Shown here piece by piece: positions 1 to 7,400 of a stretch of 17,394 nt of DNA. A program made the translations under genes and the position numbers. Position 1 is the stretch's first letter. Each line of letters starts with the position of its first letter. Below the pieces are notes generated by a model. It saw only the letters and a program-made list of their open reading frames with translations. It was not told where the DNA came from and did not search any database. The DNA comes from Colwellia polaris (GTDB lineage Archaea > Nanohalarchaeota > Nanosalinia > Nanosalinales > Nanosalinaceae), in assembly GCA_047617785.1 (NCBI GenBank), contig JBLGBK010000014.1, positions 1-17,394 of the forward strand, given 5' to 3'.

Positions 1-57
1 CTGGGTTCTGTTGGTGTATGCTTCAAATCCTGATCCGTGGCCGTGGTCTTCGCTCAC
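1..57 (-). CDS. Possible 5' end of a gene diverging from the origin (runs off the window)
   Basis: The minus-strand GTG at 57 opens a stop-free frame to position 1 (MSEDHGHGSGFEAYTNRTQ). An A-rich TATA-like ATAAAAAA (81-88, minus strand) lies ~25-30 nt upstream. Too short to identify. Confidence 0.3.
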   Translation of the reverse strand, partial: MSEDHGHGSGFEAYTNRTQ

Positions 58-120
58 TGATTTCTGTTGAGGTGGTTGAATTTTTTATGCTGTTTGAAAC
101 TGGAGGAATAAAATCTCTTT

Positions 121-138
121 TTCCAATTGAAATTAAGG
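121..138 (+). promoter_or_regulatory. Degenerate ORB (mini-ORB)
   Basis: TTCCAATTGAAATTAAGG: the dyad core is kept and the G-string is truncated. Confidence 0.5.
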
Positions 139-167
139 CTTATATATGAGACTGTGTTCAGAGATTC

Positions 168-187
168 TCCACATGAAATCAGGGGGT
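168..187 (+). promoter_or_regulatory. ORB element
   Basis: TCCACATGAAATCAGGGGGT, identical over 20 nt to 561-580. Confidence 0.88.
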
Positions 188-225
188 TGGAAAGAATTTT
201 CTACCGATACTGAAATCCAGAATCA

Positions 226-246
226 ACCCTATGGTTTCGAGTGGAA
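226..246 (-). promoter_or_regulatory. ORB element
   Basis: Reverse complement is TTCCACTCGAAACCATAGGGT. It shares TGGTTTCGAGTGGAA with 441-455. Confidence 0.8.
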
Positions 247-434
247 AATAAGTTAATTCAAGACAGGTTAGAAGTTGAAAGAAGCGAGAAGAATTCGTTT
301 CAGAAGTTCTAGTCTTAACAGAGGTGAAAAATCTGGCCGGATGCTCGAGTACCTGTAACCGGAGGGGAATCGGCCGCTGGTTCGTGGGTGCGGTAGACGA
401 GCCGTACAGTTTCTAAGAAGAAAACGGACCACTC

Positions 435-455
435 ACCCCCTGGTTTCGAGTGGAA
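435..455 (-). promoter_or_regulatory. ORB element, left flank of DUE
   Basis: Reverse complement is TTCCACTCGAAACCAGGGGGT, with a full G-string. Confidence 0.9.
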
Positions 456-480
456 CAGAGTTTCTGAACCGGAAATTCCG

Positions 481-555
481 ATATAACATACTTATAATTA
501 TATAACAACGTTATAATTATATAACACTGTTATACCATAGATATATCTATTATTA
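481..555. other. AT-rich DNA unwinding element (DUE)
   Basis: Strongly A/T-rich tract between inverted ORBs. Contains the direct repeat TTATAATTATATAACA (492-507, 511-526) and the palindrome ATAGATATATCTAT (537-550). Confidence 0.82.
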
Positions 556-559
556 CAGT

Positions 560-588
560 TTCCACATGAAATCAGGGGGTGGGGGTGG
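560..588 (+). promoter_or_regulatory. ORB element with extended G-string, right flank of DUE
   Basis: TTCCACATGAAATCAGGGGGT followed by GGGGGTGG. Extended G-strings are known from haloarchaeal origins. Confidence 0.9.
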
Positions 589-590
589 TT

Positions 591-612
591 ACCACCCTGG
601 CTTCACCTGGAA
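591..612 (-). promoter_or_regulatory. ORB element
   Basis: Reverse complement is TTCCAGGTGAAGCCAGGGTGGT. Confidence 0.7.
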
Positions 613-617
613 TAGGA

Positions 618-642
618 TTATAAACCTTGGTTTCAAGTAGAA
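618..642. promoter_or_regulatory. Putative cdc6 TATA box (TTATAAA, 618-624) abutting a degenerate ORB (624-642, minus strand)
   Basis: TTATAAA is preceded by purine-rich GAATAGGA. The reverse complement of 624-642 is TTCTACTTGAAACCAAGGT. Confidence 0.5.
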
Positions 643-706
643 CTTTACGAGGGGATCAGGAAATTCAAACAGAATACAAAATGCTTCTACGACGGGGGGA
701 TGAAAT

Positions 707-1912
707 TTGAGTCAGAGCAATCTGAATTCCATGTTTTCCGAGTACATCGAAAAGGACTCTGTATTCAAAAACAAAGACGCACTTACCACATCCTGGAGAC
801 CAAGCAACATTTTACATCGTGATGAACAGATCAACGATCTCGCATCAATTCTCGCACCTTCTCTAAAAGGGAACGATCCAAGCAACGTATTCCTCTACGG
901 TTCAGTAGGAACCGGGAAAACACTTATTGTCAAACACGTAACCGAGGAACTTAGAAACGTTGCAGCTGAAGAAGAAATCGATCTCAATATACTATACATA
1001 AACTGCAAAATGAAGAAGGTAGCCGACACAGAATACCGGCTACTAGCCAAACTGGCAAGACAACTAGGAGAAGACGTACCCAGTACAGGCCTACCAACAG
1101 ACGAGATCTACAACCGATTCTTCGAAGCACTCAAGGATCAGAAAGGCGTAGTGATCATTGCTCTGGACGAAATCGACGCACTAGTCAAGAAGGTAGGAGA
1201 CGAATTCCTCTACAACTTAACCCGAATCAACGATGATCTAGAGGAGACACGCGTCTCTATTCTGGGAATATCTAACGATCTAAACTTCACAGAGTACATG
1301 GACTCAAGAGTGAAATCCAGTCTCTCAGAAGAAGAGATCATCTTCCCGCCGTACAATGCACTTGAGCTTACAGAAATTCTGCGTGAAAGAACCAAGAAAG
1401 GTTTCATCGATAACGTCCTAGAAGATGGGGTTATCAGCAAGTGTTCGGCACTAGCTGCACAGGAACACGGTGATGCTAGAAGAGCTCTCGATCTGATACG
1501 TGTAGCCGGAGAACTGGCAGAACGTACAAATGATGAAAAGATTGAGAAACGTCACGTTGACAAGGCTCAAGACAAGATTGAGCGCGACCGCGTCGTTGAA
1601 ACTGTTAGAAGCCAGCCAAAGCACTCCAAACTTGTACTCTACACCATCCTTGACATGACCGAGGATGATGAGGAGATCGCTACTGGAGATGTCTACAGTG
1701 AGTATAAAGAGCTTTGCGGCAATGTTGATGTATCAGAACTGACACAGAGACGTGTCTCAGGACTGATCTCAGAGCTAGACATGCTCGGTGTCATCAACGC
1801 CAAAGTTATCAGTAAAGGTCGTTACGGACGCACACGGCAGATCAGCGTTGATCTCTCGGAAGACATTAGAAATCAGATAGAGGAGCTTGTTGAGGATAAT
1901 TTTTACATCTAG
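707..1912 (+). CDS. cdc6: Orc1/Cdc6 replication initiator (AAA+ ATPase with winged helix)
   Basis: Walker A GSVGTGKT, Walker B IALDEID, sensor-2 GDARRALD and winged-helix wing KGRYGRTR. TTG start follows SD-like GGGGATGA. Adjacent to the ORBs. Confidence 0.97.
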   Translation: MSQSNLNSMFSEYIEKDSVFKNKDALTTSWRPSNILHRDEQINDLASILAPSLKGNDPSNVFLYGSVGTGKTLIVKHVTEELRNVAAEEEIDLNILYINCKMKKVADTEYRLLAKLARQLGEDVPSTGLPTDEIYNRFFEALKDQKGVVIIALDEIDALVKKVGDEFLYNLTRINDDLEETRVSILGISNDLNFTEYMDSRVKSSLSEEEIIFPPYNALELTEILRERTKKGFIDNVLEDGVISKCSALAAQEHGDARRALDLIRVAGELAERTNDEKIEKRHVDKAQDKIERDRVVETVRSQPKHSKLVLYTILDMTEDDEEIATGDVYSEYKELCGNVDVSELTQRRVSGLISELDMLGVINAKVISKGRYGRTRQISVDLSEDIRNQIEELVEDNFYI

Positions 1913-1914
1913 AA

Positions 1915-1926
1915 TTTTTTCCTTTC
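1915..1926 (+). terminator. Oligo-T archaeal terminator-like tract after cdc6
   Basis: TTTTTTCCTTTC lies just after the stop codon. Confidence 0.4.
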
Positions 1927-2028
1927 AGACTACCTCAACAAGGAACCAAAAAACCATATTTTCACAGCTAAGATGCTGAACCTCTCTCAAAAAACACTTT
2001 AGAAAAAAAGCAAGAGTTAGAACAAAAA

Positions 2029-3612
2029 ATGGTTAATCAAAACGTTGTAAAGGAACTTACGAAGCAGGGTTGCATGGTTGATAGAGATGCAGCCGAGATC
2101 TTGGAGAAAGATGACATTCAACGTATCAAAGAATTAGATGTCACTCCGATGTATATTTCCAGCGATATGGTCGAGAGGCTTAGAGAAAGCAACAACCAAG
2201 AGGGCAGTAGCGCTGAAGAGGTTGAAAAAGAGGTTGAGACTTCTTCTGGGCAGATGTTGAAAAAGGTAGAAAAGAGTTCAGAAAAAGAAACTAATTCAGA
2301 GGGGAGCAGCATAGACGACGATTACGATTACGGAGAGACAGGTAAAAAGTTCTCAACTGACAAAACTGTCGAGATCCGTGATAACAGGGATAGAAAAGAG
2401 CTTAATACCAAAGTTGAGCTTCTTGATAATGAAGAAATAAGCAGAGAGGAAAAAGACGTTCCAGAGTTCTTACAGTACTACAATGATCGTTACGATAAGA
2501 TGAAGAAACTACTTCTCCGTAGACGCGAAATGAAGTCTGCCACAACTATCAACAGGTTAGAAAGACGTGATGAAGGAGAAGACGCTACAACAGTAGGGCT
2601 TGTAAAAGATAAATACTCTACACAGAGCGGAAAATGGATAGTAGAGATAGAAGATAATACAGGTACTTTCAAAGTACTAGCAAGTGAAGATGAAGGAGAG
2701 ATGATGGTCCAGGATGAAGTAATAGGAGTAAGAGGAAACATGGGTGGAGATATCATCTACGCAAACAGTATAATAAGACCAGACCTTCCAATACCGCAAG
2801 GCGTAAAAACCACGCAAGACCAGGTAAGAGCAGCTTACATCTCTGATTTACACCTGGGAAGTGAAGATACATTAACAAAGCGTTTCAACCGTTTCGGCGA
2901 CTGGCTTAACACTGAAGCAGCCAGCGACATCGGTTATCTCGTTATTACAGGGGATATAGTTGAAGGAGTAGGAACATATCCGGGTCAAGAAGACGAACTA
3001 GAAGTTACAGATATTTACAAACAGTATCAGCTCTTTGAGGATTGGGTTGAAGAGAAAGTTCCTGATGATTTACAGGTAATTGTAGGACCAGGAAACCACG
3101 ATATTGTACGTCTAGCTGAGCCACAACCAGTATTACCGGAGAAAGCTCTTCCGAATATAAGTGACTACAATAATGTTCACATGGTCCAGAATCCGCAGAG
3201 CCTGAGACTCCACGGTATCAGAAGCCAGGGTATCAACCACTTGATGTACCATGGCTACAGCTTCGACGATCACGCGGACAGTATTCAGAACCTGAGAGAA
3301 CGAGCGTATGAAGAACCACACCACGTTATGATAGATCTACTGAAGAGAAGGCATCTAGCGCCAACATATGGTTCCAACCTCCTTAGCCCGGAAGAAACCG
3401 ATAGGCTGGTTATAAATCACAAACCAGACGTCATGGTTTCCGGACACTTCCACAGCCACAGTAACGAGAGCTACAAAGGCGTTAACGTCATCTGCTCATC
3501 TACCTTCCAGGCACAGACAGACTTCCAGAAACGCGTAGGACACGAACCAGATCCTGGAAAAGTCACAATAGTCGACTTCAAGACCAGGAATACCGAGGTG
3601 AAACAATTCTAG
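2029..3612 (+). CDS. polB: DNA polymerase D small subunit DP1 (3'-5' proofreading exonuclease)
   Basis: OB-fold region plus calcineurin-like phosphoesterase motifs SDLHLG, GDIVEGVG, PGNHD, YHG, RRHLAPTYG and GHFH. Acidic N-terminal linker. Lies between cdc6 and DP2. Confidence 0.96.
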   Translation: MVNQNVVKELTKQGCMVDRDAAEILEKDDIQRIKELDVTPMYISSDMVERLRESNNQEGSSAEEVEKEVETSSGQMLKKVEKSSEKETNSEGSSIDDDYDYGETGKKFSTDKTVEIRDNRDRKELNTKVELLDNEEISREEKDVPEFLQYYNDRYDKMKKLLLRRREMKSATTINRLERRDEGEDATTVGLVKDKYSTQSGKWIVEIEDNTGTFKVLASEDEGEMMVQDEVIGVRGNMGGDIIYANSIIRPDLPIPQGVKTTQDQVRAAYISDLHLGSEDTLTKRFNRFGDWLNTEAASDIGYLVITGDIVEGVGTYPGQEDELEVTDIYKQYQLFEDWVEEKVPDDLQVIVGPGNHDIVRLAEPQPVLPEKALPNISDYNNVHMVQNPQSLRLHGIRSQGINHLMYHGYSFDDHADSIQNLRERAYEEPHHVMIDLLKRRHLAPTYGSNLLSPEETDRLVINHKPDVMVSGHFHSHSNESYKGVNVICSSTFQAQTDFQKRVGHEPDPGKVTIVDFKTRNTEVKQF

Positions 3613-4404
3613 ATGAAAAATATAGATATTATACCAGGCGACAAGGACTTTAATTCTCTAAAAGACCAAAAAGTAGCACTATTGGATGTAGAAGGTACGC
3701 TTACACCAGGAAACAGAAAAGTACCCAGAGATCCAAATCCAGAACACGTCTACCAAATATTTGAAGGAGAAGATCTTGAGGTCAAAACAGATCTAGGCTA
3801 CTGGAGCGGGCTGCATCTTCTAGCTGGCGAACAACCTACTGAATACTTTAAAAGAGTGGATAGATGGCGAAACGATCAGATAAGCAGTGAAGAGTTCGAA
3901 TCTGAAAATATGAGATTGCTAAACAGACTTGTTGACAGATCTGAGCATGAAAGCGCAGAGCAACTGCTTTCCTGGTACAATAACGCCTTCCTTAATCTTC
4001 GTGAAGATAGTCAAAAACTAGTAAACTATCTGAAAGAAGCAGGCTACGTAATAGGTATAATATCACATACTTCACAGAGCCTTTCCCGAGTAACTGCTGA
4101 AAAAGTCGGCGCAGACTTCGTAGTACCAACCTGGAAATTTAAAATCCATGATGGACGTTTCGAAACAGTCGAGAAATCTGTTTATGCAGATGACAAGAGC
4201 GAAGCTGTAGAAAAGCTTAGAGAAGCTGGTGCAGATCATTTAGTCTTCGTTGGTAACGGTAAAAACGATGCTGAGATAGCGAACAGCGCAGATGAAAGCT
4301 ACATGATAGAAAACCAGGAAGAAGTCAAATACAGACATATAGACGCAATTACAGGCACCTTCAATCAAATACTGAACAAGATAGAACAGAGAGAGGATAA
4401 GTAA
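3613..4404 (+). CDS. HAD-superfamily hydrolase, phosphoserine phosphatase-like, with non-canonical motifs
   Basis: Motif I LDVEGTLT, motif II IISHTS, motif III Lys (DKS), motif IV VGNGKND. Starts on the base after the DP1 stop, and its TAA overlaps the DP2 ATG. Confidence 0.8.
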   Translation: MKNIDIIPGDKDFNSLKDQKVALLDVEGTLTPGNRKVPRDPNPEHVYQIFEGEDLEVKTDLGYWSGLHLLAGEQPTEYFKRVDRWRNDQISSEEFESENMRLLNRLVDRSEHESAEQLLSWYNNAFLNLREDSQKLVNYLKEAGYVIGIISHTSQSLSRVTAEKVGADFVVPTWKFKIHDGRFETVEKSVYADDKSEAVEKLREAGADHLVFVGNGKNDAEIANSADESYMIENQEEVKYRHIDAITGTFNQILNKIEQREDK

Positions 4405-7400
4405 TGGATACAGAAGAATACTTTGACAGCATAAGAGACCAGACAGATAAAGCATACGATGTAGCGGAGAAAGCTCGTGAACAGTCAAAGGACCCTGAAC
4501 AGAGAGTAGATATCCCGGTCGCAGAAGATCTCCCAGAGAAGGCTTCCAGCCTAGTTATCGCAGCACAGTTCCCAGAACTAGAGGATCAAGGAGTAGCTGA
4601 ACGTATCCGTGAACTTGAAGATGAATACGGTAAAAACGACGAACGTGTAGCCTTCCAGATTGGAAGAGAGATCGCACAAGAAAAATTCTACGAGTTCGAC
4701 GATGTTGAGCGCGCATGTGATGCAGGAGTACGTGTCGGCGCATCCTACATGACAGGAGGAATTACAACAGCACCTCTAGAAGGGATAGGTGACGTAAAAG
4801 TCAGAGAAAACAGTGATGGTTCAGAATATCTTGCAATATACTACTCAGGACCTATTCGTTCCGCAGGCGGAACAGCCTCCGCAATGTCCGTACTTCTCGC
4901 GGACTATGTTAGGATCGGCGTAGATCTTGCGCCTTTCAAACCTTCAGATACAGTTGTAAAGAGATATGCAGCAGAAGTAGACGACTACTACACACGTGTA
5001 ACCGCAAAACAATACTATCCAGAAAGAGAGGAAACCGAGATGATCGCTGGAAATGTTCCAGTCGAAGTCACGGGGTCGCCAACCGAACAACTCGATGTAA
5101 CAAACTACAAGGACCTAGAACGTGTAGAAACCAACCAGATCAGAGGAGGCATGTGTCTAGTATACCTAGACGGTCTACCGCTGAAAGCACCAAAGATAAA
5201 GAAGCGAATCGAGAAATGGGGTAAAGAATTCGGACTTGAGCACTGGGAATGGGTTGAAGACTACCTAGAGCTTCAGGAAGAAATCCACAGCAGCGGAGAA
5301 GATGAGGAAGAAGATGAGGAAGAAGAGAAATATACCCCGTCCGACAAGTTCTTAGGTTCAATGACTGCAGGGAGACCTGTATTCGGGCACCCAGGAAAGA
5401 AAGGAGGATTCCGACTACGATACGGCCACTCACGTGTAAACGGACTAGCAGCAACTTCTGTCCATCCAGCCACAATGGAGATCACAGAACGTTTCATAGC
5501 AACAGGAACACAGTTGAAGACAGAGTACCCAATGAAAGGAACTGTTACAACACCGACAGACAGCATTCATCCGCCTATAGTCAGGCTTGAAGATGGATCT
5601 GTTGTCAAAGTTGATACAAGAGAACACGCCAGAGAGATAGAGAGCGACGTAGATGAAATACTGTTCCTCGGAGACATGCTTGTAACCTACGGAGAGTTCG
5701 TTGAGAACGGTAAACGTTTGCTACCCTCAGGCTACGTCGACGAATGGTGGGAGAAAGAACTAGAGCAAGAACTTGAACGCCAAGAAATGGAGCTCGGAAG
5801 AGACTTCTCAGATAGAGCACCAAGCCCCGAAGAAACATTCCGTATATCCGATGCACTAGGAATACCGATACATCCACAGTGGACATACCACTGGAGAGAA
5901 ACAAGCGCTGAAAAATTCAAAGAACTATACAAATCACTTAGAAACGACGAATTCAGCGATAAAGCAAAGAGAGCGCTTGAAGACATACTATTACCACACA
6001 AAGCCGAAGACGGAGAATTCAGTATTGCAGAAGATCATAAAGTCGTCCTAGAAACACTTCTCGCACTGGAAGAAGACAACAGCAACCTTCTATCCGCTAT
6101 AGAGAACCCTGAAGATATACCAGAGTTCATAAAACAGGTTTCAGGCTACGAGGTCAGAACACAGGTACCGCACTATGTCGGAGCACGCATGGGCCGACCA
6201 GAGAAAGCCGAGAGAAGAACAATCGACGGCAAGCCCCAAATCATGTTCCCATGCGGAAAGAAAGAAGGAGGCCGTATGCGAAACCTAGTAGCAGCATACA
6301 ACAACAAAATGCACAAAATGAGCAATATGCCTAACAAGAACCGTGGAGAAGTTCACCAAGGCATAATACATAACAAATGTGCTGAATGCGGTGAGCTAAC
6401 ACACTTCTCATACTGTACAGAGTGTGGTGCACACGCCGAACCAGTCTACTTCTGCCGAGACTGTGGAAATATGTACGAAGAAGAACCAGAAAGCTGCGAA
6501 AGCTGCGGACATGAAGTATTCAACCGCTACAAGAGAACAAATATCAATGTAAGAGATCTGATGGACAAAGCTCTAGAGAATCTAGATATGCGTCATCCTC
6601 CAGAACTTCTCAAATCAGTCCGTGGAATGAGTGGTAAGCACAAACACGTTGAACCGCTCGAAAAAGGACTTCTAAGACAAAAACACGACTTATACGTCAA
6701 TAAAGACGGAACAGTCCGTTACGATGCTACAGACATACCTATGAGCCACTTCAAGCCGAAGGAGATCAGTGTATCGATAGAAAGGCTGAAAGAACAGGGC
6801 TATACAGAAGATATCGACGGCGAACCTCTAGAAGACGAAGATCAAGTTGTAGCTCTCAAACCTCAGGATATAATCCTGCCGGACGGAGAAAATACATTGA
6901 CAGCTTCAGACTACTTCGTGAGAGTCGCTAACTTCATCGATGATTTACTAGAACAGTTCTACGGCATCGACTCATACTACGATGTAGAATCCAAGGAAGA
7001 CCTTGTAGGTACGCTCGTGATCGGATTAGCACCGCATACATCAGGAGGAACAGTAGGGCGCATAATAGGATTTACAGAAGCTAAAGGGATCTACGCACAT
7101 CCTTACTGGCACGCAGCCAAAAGACGGAATTCAGATGGAGATGAGGACGCCATTCTGTTGCTTATGGATGGTTTACTGAACTTTTCACGAGATTTCCTTC
7201 CTGATATGACGGGAGCAAGGAGTATTACTAAAGATACACGCCTTGTTATCAAGAAAAACGGTAATATTGAAGCTCCTAGAGCAGATGAACTTATTGATAG
7301 CGTTCTGGATGATGAGGGCTTTGAAACCAGGAAAGACGGTTTTGAAGTTAATAGAGATTTTGATGAAACTATCGAGGCGGTTTCCTTTGATGAAGAAGGC

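Larger units (their letters stand above)
121..642. other. oriC: Chromosomal replication origin (oriC) with multiple ORB elements and a DUE
   Basis: Repeated TTCCA-N3-GAAA-N2-AGGGGGT motifs occur in both orientations around an AT-rich tract, directly upstream of cdc6/orc1. This is the standard archaeal origin layout. Confidence 0.92.

Noticed and set aside
575-588. G-quadruplex at GGGGGTGGGGGTGG
   Set aside because: Only two long G-runs are present, and the sequence is explained as an extended ORB G-string.
121-642. Repeats as a CRISPR array or transposon ends
   Set aside because: They are irregularly spaced, occur in both orientations, match the ORB consensus and lie next to cdc6. No cas or transposase gene is present.
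5298-5326. 12-bp tandem repeat GAAGATGAGGAA in DP2
   Set aside because: It encodes the acidic, variable interdomain linker (EDEEEDEEEE), an ordinary low-complexity sequence.
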